A stretch of DNA of 64,000 bases from Botryllus schlosseri. Its lineage: Eukaryota. The translations under genes and the position numbers were made by a program. This document shows, in pieces, positions 52,907-63,800 of this stretch (position 1 is the first letter of the stretch; every line of letters begins with the position of its first letter). The stretch spans positions 15,252,001 to 15,316,000 of the forward strand of contig CM119381.1 in NCBI GenBank assembly GCA_051294905.1, read 5' to 3'. The notes below the pieces were generated by a model. The model had not been told where the DNA came from. It saw only the letters and a program-made list of their open reading frames with translations, and searched no databases.

Positions 52907-55882
52907 ATGTCTCATCCTTGTACTGTTTGCGGACTTGATTGTTTAAAGTCCGACGAGTACGTCGAATGCTACGAATGCAACAGATACTCTCACTGTTCTT
53001 GTGCGAAGATCGGTAGCTTCAATGAGCGGAAAATCCAGATTTTCATATGTCGTTGTTGCATATTCTTCGAAGGTGAATTCAATTATGAGTGGGCATTGCA
53101 ACATATTAGAGCAAATCCGGAACATTGTACAGCTATAAAACGGATTCTTCGTTTGTATAAAGTACTCGAGCCTGATCGGAGCATGCCAAATGAGGCAGCA
53201 GTAGTGGATGAGGTTTCACTTATGATTTTGAAGCAGTTTCATTATATCATCACCACGGATCACACGGCCTTGCGAGTTGATGGCGATGGGAATTGTTTTT
53301 ACCGCGCAATGTCGCTTGCCTTATACGGCACTGCGAAACACCACTTGCGCTTGAGGCTTCTGACCGCGCTCGAAATTATTGAGCATCCGAAATATTATGA
53401 CGAAGACGCAGAGGGATTTGTTGACCTTATAGCTGACGTTAGAATTGTGTCATCGCCTTATGCCAGTCTGGTACAAAAAGCAAGCATTCCGGGGCATTGG
53501 TCCGAGATGATGCATATTTACGCATTGAGTGCCGCCCTTGGCTCCGCGATTCGCTCATATTATCCGTCAACATTGGCAAATGAATACCTGACAGAACCGT
53601 TCACGCGCAAATGTTGCGGCCGGGGTGTGTCGAAATTTGCCATACCAGTTGCGACTCTGATGTGGACACAAACTACCGTGCCCACGACAAGCAATCCATT
53701 TCGACCGAATCACTTCGTGCCAATCATCAAAATCACCGATCTGATTTCAAGTGATCCAAATAGTTTATGCGAATCAAAACTGAAATCGGAGGATCAGAAA
53801 AGCGACATTGATAAGCCGAATGTACGCGAAAAAGACGACATTGACAAGCCGAATATACGCGAACAAGACGACTTCAAAACGTTTCATAAGAGCGAACTTG
53901 GCGATGTGAATGCTAATAAACAACAGCATTCGCTCCTAGAAAGCAGTATCCTAAGTGAAGATTCGCCTATTGACCAAATGAATGGGGAACAGATGAATTC
54001 TGAAATAGGAGAAGTTGCTGACGGAGACAAAACCAAATCAGTTCTACCTAACCTGAACAATGAGCTGAACAATGAAACGAAGCTGCCCTTTAACGAGTTT
54101 TTGAAAATTGAGGATGTGGTGAAAAAAATTATGGATTGTAAAAACGCCCTTTCGAAGATTCCTCCAGGACGGAAAGACAATTGTTACATTATCGTTGATT
54201 TTAAAACAAACATACTTCGAAAGGCTGCTAAAATTCATCGCATATTTTATGATGACATGGGAGCTTGGACGAAAACCAAGCAAACATATTCATATTACTT
54301 GAAGACCGAGGACCGACTCAGGTATGTATACAAGCCGCGGTGCCACAGGGGTGCTATTTGTACCCTAAAAATGAAGGAGTACTTGCCGTTATCACCGCAG
54401 CCTTCTCCAGGTGACGTACTCATGGTTGGGCGATACTACGCTAAATCAAAGAACAACCCTGGTTACGAAAAACGTATAAGCTGGATTGAAAGCGGACCAT
54501 CGGATCCATGTAATGTGTGTATCGTGGAGTACAAGGGTATATCTGGGGACTGCAGTCCACACGGAAACAGCTCTGTGAACTTTCAAAATTACATCCGCAC
54601 TCCGCCCAGCACTATTGAGAAGATAAAGGAAAAGGTTACATACGGGACAGGAAAGCGAGTTTACGTTGATCTTCAAAATGATTCCGAAAGTATTTCGCAA
54701 ATGCCTCGGAATATAAGTCAGATCCACCACACTAAGCACCGGGAAAAAGTAAGCAAAGAAGGGCACAGTAGCCTGTCGCGAGACTGTTATGCAGACGAAC
54801 TTTTGGATGTCATAAACATGATGCACACGGAAAAATTTGTGAGAAGAGTCATCCATTCTCCAGCAAAAGCATCCAGCATAATTGTATACACCGATGATCA
54901 AATAACAGATCTTAAAAAGATGTGTTGTACTGGAAAAACTGTACTTGGAATTGACAAGACATACAACCTAGGCAATGTGTACGCTACTGTAGCAGTTTTC
55001 AAAAACGTGAAGATGATTAGCACCAGAACGCAGGAAAATCCGATTTTCATTGGTCCCATATATCTCCACCATAGGTCAGATAGAGGGACATTTAACGACT
55101 TCTTCAGTCATCTTAGCTCCGTTATAGGAGGTACTTTCGATCACCTTGTCGTGGGGACAGACGACGAAATTGCACTACACTCAGCAATAGAAAATTCGTT
55201 CAAAAACTGCAAGCACGTTCTCTGTGTCAATCATTTAAAGACAAATTTGGTCGACAAACTTCAGCACGGCATCGGTGCAAGCAAGCATTTGAGAAAAAGT
55301 CTGGTGAATCAAGTCTTCAATCTGTTGGATAGCAAGGACGAAATTGAATTTAATCGAAGAGAAGAAGACCTACTCACTAGGTGCCATAGCATATGCCCAA
55401 TGCTGGTCACATACTTACAAAATAGATTGCTACCGTTGTTGCGAAAAAAGGTCTGGCAAATGCGTAGCTTTATCGGCGCCGAGCACAAATGGTTCACCAA
55501 TAACAACTGCGAGAGCATGAACCATGTTCTCAAGCGATTGACAGATTGGAAAAAGAAAAAGTTACCAGATCTAATTAATCTACTCAAATCAGCGATCACT
55601 TCACAATACTTGGATGTACGAAAGAGTATCACAGGCCGTGGTACTTTTACCCTTGCTGAGAATTGTAAAAATTATTTGGTATCTCCTTGGGATTGGGACG
55701 ACATGCCAAAAGACGAGCAAGACCGTTCATTTCAGCAGTTAATGAATTTTCCCGCCCCGACAGCCTGTAAGCTGCCTAAATCATTATCACTCTCCACTGA
55801 TGGGCAATTGATGGCGCATAATCCTTCGAAACGAAGTGGCAGCAAGCCAGGAGGAACTAAATGCAAAAGAAAAGTTCGTTGA
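52907..55882 (+). CDS. MULE transposase with N-terminal PHD finger and OTU domain (991 aa from first ATG; frame open from 52715)
   Basis: PHD C4HC3 (CTVC...CYEC...HCSC...CRC, 52919-53059); OTU GDGNC (Cys 53294) and PNHFVP (His 53711); MULE motifs GIDKTY (D 54953), GTDDE (D 55160), CVNH (CxxH, 55223-55234), NCESMN (E 55511); basic C-terminus. No stops or frameshifts. Confidence 0.93.
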   Translation: MSHPCTVCGLDCLKSDEYVECYECNRYSHCSCAKIGSFNERKIQIFICRCCIFFEGEFNYEWALQHIRANPEHCTAIKRILRLYKVLEPDRSMPNEAAVVDEVSLMILKQFHYIITTDHTALRVDGDGNCFYRAMSLALYGTAKHHLRLRLLTALEIIEHPKYYDEDAEGFVDLIADVRIVSSPYASLVQKASIPGHWSEMMHIYALSAALGSAIRSYYPSTLANEYLTEPFTRKCCGRGVSKFAIPVATLMWTQTTVPTTSNPFRPNHFVPIIKITDLISSDPNSLCESKLKSEDQKSDIDKPNVREKDDIDKPNIREQDDFKTFHKSELGDVNANKQQHSLLESSILSEDSPIDQMNGEQMNSEIGEVADGDKTKSVLPNLNNELNNETKLPFNEFLKIEDVVKKIMDCKNALSKIPPGRKDNCYIIVDFKTNILRKAAKIHRIFYDDMGAWTKTKQTYSYYLKTEDRLRYVYKPRCHRGAICTLKMKEYLPLSPQPSPGDVLMVGRYYAKSKNNPGYEKRISWIESGPSDPCNVCIVEYKGISGDCSPHGNSSVNFQNYIRTPPSTIEKIKEKVTYGTGKRVYVDLQNDSESISQMPRNISQIHHTKHREKVSKEGHSSLSRDCYADELLDVINMMHTEKFVRRVIHSPAKASSIIVYTDDQITDLKKMCCTGKTVLGIDKTYNLGNVYATVAVFKNVKMISTRTQENPIFIGPIYLHHRSDRGTFNDFFSHLSSVIGGTFDHLVVGTDDEIALHSAIENSFKNCKHVLCVNHLKTNLVDKLQHGIGASKHLRKSLVNQVFNLLDSKDEIEFNRREEDLLTRCHSICPMLVTYLQNRLLPLLRKKVWQMRSFIGAEHKWFTNNNCESMNHVLKRLTDWKKKKLPDLINLLKSAITSQYLDVRKSITGRGTFTLAENCKNYLVSPWDWDDMPKDEQDRSFQQLMNFPAPTACKLPKSLSLSTDGQLMAHNPSKRSGSKPGGTKCKRKVR

Positions 55883-56761
55883 GCTGTAACTAAAGAAAAT
55901 CAAGTTCATAAATGCACTGTACATTTGCAGCAATTGTGCCTATACTGCCAGCATGAACAATTGAACATATACAACATGTACAACATTTTCTGTCTGCAAG
56001 TACTGAAATCCCTGTCCATATTGGCGTATTTCCTTTCGTTGTCGTAATTTTCTGCAAGTGAATGCTCAGTTTCGTTTTATATGTTGCTATATTTTTCAAT
56101 ACAGTGTTACGCTTGCTCGTGTTTCAAAACTGAAAATTATCACCCAATGACATGAACAGCAAGGATGAGATGGCGTATTTCGGTTTCTCCCGAATGTGAG
56201 GTTGCCTCAACGAACCGGTGATCCGCTAAATGAGTTGACAGATTTTTTCACGACGGATTCCTTTTCTGTCGTTATCGTACCTTTTTAACCAGACTGGATA
56301 TCGGCACTGATGTTACGCGCCTGCGGCTATGGGTTGTCGGGACAGCTATCGTTTGGTAGAGTACAGGTTTAACCAGAGCAAACAGTTCGCAGGAGAGAAA
56401 AAGTTCTATAACTGGTCTAGTTAAGCAATGTAGGGTCAATATATTTTGTAAAGAGAAAGCTACGTTTTCATTGGCACAATGTTCAACCTAAAATCGGCGA
56501 TGTGTAGTGGTTCCAAATATAATAATTTTCATAGTCATTGGGAACGATAAAGTAGCAACATTTTCATAGTCGTAAATGAGTATATCACGAGTATTTTCAA
56601 TAATATCGCGAGATAGTACTCGCAGCATAGTTTATTTATAAACGAGGCTGGCATTGATGTCGGTTAATAATTATTATTTCAAAGATACCAATTCAGCGTC
56701 AATCAACAAACGCACACATTTAGCAATTGCAATCAGCGAAGTTTTTCGATGCGTGGTGTTC

Positions 56762-57219
56762 AATTAGCTTCCTTGTTACATTAGCTTCATTAGTTTTTCA
56801 TTACCTTGTTTCATTAGATTTTGATTAGCTTACTTTTCATTACCTTAATTGCTTTTAATTAGCTTCATTAGCTTTTCATTAGCTTACTTTTCATTAGCTT
56901 ACTTTTTCATTAGCGTAATTAGCTTTTCATTAGCTTAATTAGCTTAATTAGCTTTTCATTAGCTTACTTTTCATTAGCTTACTTTTTCATTAGCTTAATT
57001 AGCTTTTCATTAGCTTAATTAGCTTCATTAGCTTTTCATTAGCTTACTTTTCATTAGCTTACTTTTTCATTAGCTTAATTAGCTTTTCATTAGCTTTTCA
57101 TTAGCTTACTTAGCTTTTCATTAGCTTAATTAGCCTTTCATTAGCTTAATTAGCTTTTCCTTAGCTTAATTAGCTGCATTAGCTTTTCATTAGCTTGCAT
57201 GTACAAAATAAAGGCACCC
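56762..57219 (-). repeat. Right TIR of MULE, inverted AAGCTAAT array
   Basis: ATTAGCTT units; matches the left TIR and degenerates inward. Confidence 0.95.
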
Positions 57220-59990
57220 ATTGAAAACGGCTGGTTCTGGATACTGCAAAGTGGTTATTTATACAACTATCTCTCTCTACGGTCGATTGAACAATTTTCA
57301 CGGTTGCGTTAACAGCTGAACACTCTCCTTACTTGCAAATTCGCGCTACATCGTTCCGATTCGTTTTTAATATTCAAATTTTGAGTGCCGTGGGATCTCG
57401 CTCGTTTTCACGTGGCATGCACGAAATATGCAAAATTTGTATGCACTCTCAATTCAAAGTTGAAACCTGTATGCACTCTGCGTACCCACACCTACAGTCG
57501 CACAAGCATTAATATTTTCATATCTGCAAAAACAAATTTCAATGGTGTATCGTACCAACAGAAGCGGTCAAAGTCGTCACCTGTGATACTCAAGTAGAAG
57601 TAAAATTTCGAAATTTCAATTCTATTGCAAGTAAAAGTACCTCTTTCCAAGTAACTGAACAGTAAGCATTCGTGGCCTAGTTTTGCGTAAAGGACTGAAA
57701 ACTCTGAAGTAAAGTAGTGCAAGTACTCAAATATGATTACAGTACTCCAAATAAGTATAAGTACTGGTCAGTGACCACATCTGAGTACCATATACACATT
57801 CAGACAGACACCTCATAGAACGGTAAAGGTCACCGTCTTTCTCAAGGAGTTCAATAAGCAAACAATGCGGTGCCGTAAATTTGCATATGAAACGATTCTC
57901 TGGAAAGAGGAGTCGAAGCTCTGTTATTCTATTAACTTGTGATTCGGCCTATTCAAGCCGGCTCTAGACGTGTGAGGTATATCGAGGTCGTTGGCGCGTA
58001 ACAGCCTCATTAGCAGCGGCGCTCTTGCACTTCGATTGCCAACAGATTCGTTATATGGAGAGATAGACCCTACTATGATGTAAATGACAGCATTAAAAGA
58101 CCGGCTCATGCCTAACTCTACCGGAGAAACGGCAAGCGCTCGTACCACGTCTAGACAAGACGTTGTCGTTTTTCTGCATGCTAAAGGATGGCCGATTTGT
58201 TTAAGCCTCTCCCCATTAGCGGACGATTCATCATATCGAGATTATCTTGTATGTTGACAGAACGCGCAACGGTTGCCATTTCGCAGCCCGAAGCAGAGGG
58301 TGGCCAATACGGTAGCGAAAACGGGCGATAAGTTACCTTTGTCGCGCAATGCGTAATTTTTTATTTGCAGTAGGGCGCAAAGCATATTTTAACGGCTGTC
58401 GTCAGTACTCCCCGCCTTATCGTGATTCGATCATACACGCAGTCTCATAGGAAATAATGACATTATTCTGTATGATTGACATATTGGGTATGTTCGACTG
58501 GTAGAAAAATACAGGCGCGCTGTCTTTACATGACAGTTGTCTCGTACGCCCGATGATGGCCACATCGCGCTGAACCTTGGGTGACCCTCGGTACGAGTGT
58601 AAGCCTTGTAAATTCTTTAGGGACATCGACGCGGGCCGTGAACCATTGTCATGCTGTGGTGATTCGGGAACTTTGTTTGTCGTACGCCAGCTTGAAATCT
58701 ATTTGTGAAGGCTTCTGTTATTATTGCTTGAGCTTCTGTTTACCCCGAGAGGTCAGTTGACGGAGAACGCTGTGCAAACATTGAAATGCCGTCTCGATTT
58801 TGTAACGTTGCTCCCAGCGATGTAGATTGCAGATGAAGATGGGTAGCGTGATCATCCAAAAATGCTGAAAACCGTGCGCGACTTGCTGACGACGCGGTTG
58901 CTGACATTCACCTTTGACCTCATAAGCGCGTTGCCACTTTTTGCGATGTTTCAATACTCAGATTCGTAGGTTTGATGGCCTACCAGAACGTTTCCACAAT
59001 TAGTCAGCCAACGTAAACATTTGTGTTTTGTAACATGAAACTGATATTGATATATCCACTGCAAACCGGGACTTGGTTTACGCTTGCAGAGGCACAACCG
59101 GTTGATCTTGAAACCCCGATTAAAATGGCGCGCGTTCTCCATTTTGTATCCGGGTCGTATGCGGCGTGTTTACCTACCAGGCGCACACAGATTTCGTTCA
59201 CTAAATACCAACCTATGTACTAGGGCTGCAATACAGCGCTAGATTAAATCCGGCATTGCGTAATCGCGCCTGGAAGCCTGTATATCGTCACGTTTGCCAG
59301 ATAGCAGAGCCCCGAGAGTGGTTTCGGGACAAGGGTGCAATTAAATTATAACTCAGGAACTTGAAGAAAAGTGGAACGAGTTCATGCGGTGCGCATAAAT
59401 ATATGCTACATGCTTGTAGTCCGGCCGCTGATTAATGCTCGGGAATTACTCTAAATATACTAGTATTCGTAAAACAAGTTTCCGTTGTAGTGGCCTCTGA
59501 TGTCATCATCGATTACGTAAAGAGGCACAGTCTGCTTCTGCACTAAAGAGATAATGTCGATCTGTGTGATTTTGTTGGGATGTTTTTATGCGCTTCCTCA
59601 TATATCCATACCTGCCATTCACTGGCAGGCAATGTCCGATCCGTAAAGTACTTCTGGCTGGATCGGAATTGGCGATAAAAGTCCCCTTTACGCTTCTCAA
59701 ACGTTGGAAAATGCCCGCTCTCGGGGGACGAAAGCCAACCCGCTGCGTTGCCGAATAGCTCTTAGCTCGGATGGGGTTAATGCGTTACGCGGAAATATTG
59801 CAAAATTCGATGGAAGTGTTAATTATTCAAGCAGTCGAGATTTCTTACGGCGTCGCTTGATTCGAAGTGATTCGGCGGTACCGACGTCACGTGCCACTAG
59901 TGGAATTGTTTCGTCACAAAAGTCCACGTTAGCGTGTTATCCGTTCGTGAAGTCACGTGACTCATGTGGTGGATGCGTTTTGTCTTCCAG

Positions 59991-60139
59991 AGAGCAACCT
60001 AGAAGGAAGCACATACTCAGGGGAAGGAGCGGGCGATGACAACGATTGCGATCCGTGCAAGAAACCTCAAAAGAAAAGAGGAATATTTCCTAAGCAAGCC
60101 ACTAACACAATGAGGCATTGGTTGTTCCAAAATTTAACA
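59991..60139 (+). CDS. Meis: Meis coding exon 8 (homeodomain N-terminal half)
   Basis: tgtcttccag acceptor; (E)[49 protein letters not shown]; gtacgt donor. Confidence 0.97.
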
Positions 60140-61111
60140 GTACGTATATCACTACTCTCTCTCTCTCGCTCTCTATAACGTGACGCGCACGGGGCTGCGA
60201 CGTGTTGCGTCGTCTCACCGCCAGATATGAGCGGGTACAATATTTCCAAATTTAAATTTAGAATTCATTTCTTATCAAGCCCGCGGCCATATCCGGTAAT
60301 GACTAATATTCTATTCGAAAGTGCATAAAAAGTTAAAATAGTTCTAAATTCCAAGTCAAAATACAGCTTCAGAAAAATCGCGTATCCAGATCTGACCCTA
60401 ATCCAGCCTAGATTTCCAAATCCGTTTTAAAATATCCAAATCCATGCTCATTTATCAATGACCTTGGCCATTGATACTTGTGAACCGACGATTTACCTTC
60501 CTGGCTCAACTATGTTTCGTCATGAGTGTGTAGCTTACCTGTGATACCATGAACTATATGGTGTTTTATGCGTTCAAGATCAACCCTATATCCTCGCTTT
60601 AGATAAATTCTTCTAAATTTGACAACGTGCGCAGTTGACTTATGCATAGTCTAGTTATTGATACAACTTTCATGTCGTCGAAATGCTGCATCACGCAGTG
60701 GATCAAATGCGGAACCCCTAGTGAGAAAGATATATGGTGGTTATTGCCTTTTCCACCATGGTCAGATGAGATAAAACTTTTCGCATTCAATGGCGAGGTT
60801 TACGTACGATTCAGGCCGTGTCATTGGAATGGGACAGTCAGGCACAAGGCGCAATATATCAATTGGTTACCCAATCATGGCATAGTTCTGAATGGTTGTG
60901 TCTACGAATAATTGATTGTTGACTTCCATATAGCAAACTCCATAAGCGAAGTATATTTCCAGGGACTTTTCATCATTTGAAAGAATATTAATTGAAAAGT
61001 CTGAAAACGGAATTCCCTGTCGCCATGGTCACAGCCTTTTAAAAACCAGAACACAATCAGACGACAACGCAATTTCCAAGAGATTTCCTGTTACATTATT
61101 GTAAATATGTG

Positions 61112-61545
61112 TAAGGTTGCATTTAAAACAAATGGTTGTTTAAAACACCAGGCCTTTAAAAAAGAATTGTTAAGTTTAAGTTTAAGTTGTAAAATTATTC
61201 CATAATTGTGTAAATAATTTCCAAAACACATGTTGTATGAGTCTATGGACAATTACCCCCCCCCCCCCCCCCCCCCGATATAGCCTATGTATACGATATG
61301 GGATGGTTGGAACCCTCAAAATAGTCGGTTCAACAGCTATATCATAGCATTTTTAGTATACATATTTAGGGTTGGATTTAAAAGAAAGATGTTTAAAACA
61401 AGGCCCTTGTTTAAAACATGTTTCTATTGTTTGTTTTTAAGACGTCACGAATATACAATTGTGACGTCATAATGGATTGACATTGACAATTGAAAATATA
61501 GGGTAAATATGGAGCTTCTTTGAAAAAACATCCACGTACTATTAT
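61112..61545. mobile_element. Family A MITE with its 3' half inverted
   Basis: 5' half on + (61112-61341); 3' half on - (61367-61543). Confidence 0.8.
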
Positions 61546-63028
61546 CCATCTAGCCGTCTGCGTACACACTCACATCGCCGACAGAGTACATTATAAGATA
61601 GGATTTCCGTAAATTGCTGTCGTGCAACTCGTTGACCCGACTCCACATTCGCCACTCGCTTACGAGCATTACTGGCGATAAACAGGTTATGTAATAGCGA
61701 CAATATCGTCGAAAGTATCGGACAAATGGCAGGAGTAATTGAGCTCACTGTAGTCGACATAGACGTTTATTTTCCGATTTAGCGATATCGACCCAAGTTC
61801 AACATTAAAGCAGACCTTCCTTGTCGATATCAAAGCCGCGGTACTCCATGGGTGGTCCAGACTACTTAGTACTCTCGTTCCTGTGTGATTGCCGGCATCG
61901 CAACGAAACAAAAACGTAACCGGTAATAAACCAGGTATTTCCGTACCGCGTAAATACCGCGCTCTCTCGAAAATTAATAAAATCTCAATCCGTCAAAAGG
62001 TAAAATCTTTTCACGACGAAGCGACCCGTCTCAAAGTCGGAACCTTGTCATACATCATTTAACTCTCCGCCGCGGAGAATGGTATAATTGTGTAAGCCGC
62101 TCTTAGGGCCCGGTAAAAGCTGTAGGCAAAAAAGTTTCCGCATCGGAAACGGTACAAAAATCAATCCTGAAGAGAATCGCGCGGCCCTCTACACGGGTTT
62201 TATCGATTTCGCGCATATGCGGATTACACGACAATTTGACAGGCGAAAATAAATAGTAATCAGTCACCGGGGCGGATTCAAAGAGCACAACAAAGCCGCG
62301 CAGCGCCCCGTCGATTGTTGTCGTCGGCCTGAGCGCGATTGATCTGCCTGCGCCTTGTAGGAATCGCCTTAGGCACCGTCGACTGCATTGTATCTATATT
62401 TTTATACTTATACTTATCCTTATCTGCACGAACAGGTGCACTGTAAATACATGGGTGGAAAATAGGTGTATTTACCAGATTTCCTGCATAGCGTATGGCA
62501 CAAATCCGACTATTCCGACCCATTCTACTGGGCGAAAGCGAGTCGAATACACCAAGACTTGTGGAGACATATCGCAGGGGTGTTTGTGGGTCCTGTTTAT
62601 GTGTACTTCTACCATTTTACCGCTTCTGATGGTGGTACACAAAAGCAGATCCACCCCACATCTGGGATAGATCTCAATAAGAATTGGTATGTGTGCATGT
62701 GCATGTGCACTGTGCAGGTTTGCATTGTATACGTAGCGGATAGTTTGCTTGCACCGGTCGTCGGAAACGTGACTGCTACATTTTTAGAATGTCCCACTTG
62801 GTCAAAGATCGTGGTGTCGGTTAAAACGAGCGTATGCTTAGCCTTGGTGTGGTGGCCGTATGTTTACCTCGTGGCCAGCTTGCATTTCTGTAGGATTAGC
62901 GCTAATACCAATTTGAACTGATGGCATGAATTTTGGTGTATCTGTCTGTCTTTCTGAACAGTTTCCTGCTATAAACTCTCCCTTCATCCAGTTTGCTACT
63001 AAAACACTTACTCGCTAAGTGATTTGAC

Positions 63029-63390
63029 TTGGGTTGCATTTAAAACTTATGGTTGTTTTAATCACAGGCCTTTTTAAAAATGTGTTTTTTTAAGTTGTAA
63101 AATCATGCCATAATTGTGCAAATACTTTCCAAAAATCCTTTTGTATGAGCCTACGGGCAATTACCACCCGATATAGCCGACATACGATATGGGAGGGTTG
63201 GAACCCTCAAAATAGTCGGTTCAACAGCTATAGTACGTAGATATTTCGTCAAATGAGGTATATTTACCCTATATTTTCAAGTGTCATGTCAATGTCAATC
63301 CATTATGACGTCACAATTAAGTATTCGTGGCGTAATGGCCTAAATAAACATGTTTGTTTTGAGTTGATTTTTGTTTTAAATGCAGCCCTA
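63029..63390 (+). mobile_element. hAT-type MITE, family A
   Basis: Collinear with the 2511 copy; TSD GATTTGAC/GATTTGTC (7/8). Confidence 0.85.
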
Positions 63391-63800
63391 GATTTGTCGC
63401 TGATATGATATATTCCAAGGTTTCGGATTGTAGCAACAATCGGCTGCATTGCACGCAGATATATGCCTCCATCTGCTTTTCTTGATCAAGATACATCCCG
63501 TACCATGGTGGTAATCATTGGCTTGGTCAAGAAGCAAAAGATGCTCTTTCCTCACAAATTTTATATTTTTTCGATGAGACTCATTTCTTTGGTTACATCA
63601 CAATGTATCGGTCACGTCACTTTACTGTCGAACATTTTGCACCTTTAAATTTATCAATCTCCCTACTCCCGTTTCCGGTGACGAAAAACTCTACTTGGAA
63701 ATCAACACCTCAATGTTGCCACATTACATCGTAAACCGGACCGAATCGCATTCTCGCCATTGCGAGAATTCTCTCAAGAACCGCGCGAATTCTTTTTCAG

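Larger units (their letters stand above)
50622..57219 (+). mobile_element. Complete autonomous Mutator-superfamily (MULE; Phantom/foldback-like) DNA transposon in Meis intron 7
   Basis: Termini GGGTGCCTTTATTTTGTAC...GTACAAAATAAAGGCACCC; 9-bp direct repeat ATTGAAAAC at 50613-50621 and 57220-57228; long repeat-built TIRs; internal DDE transposase ORF. Confidence 0.95.

Noticed and set aside
53884-55632. Minus-strand ORFs within the MULE
   Set aside because: Antisense shadows of the long transposase ORF, with no domain features.
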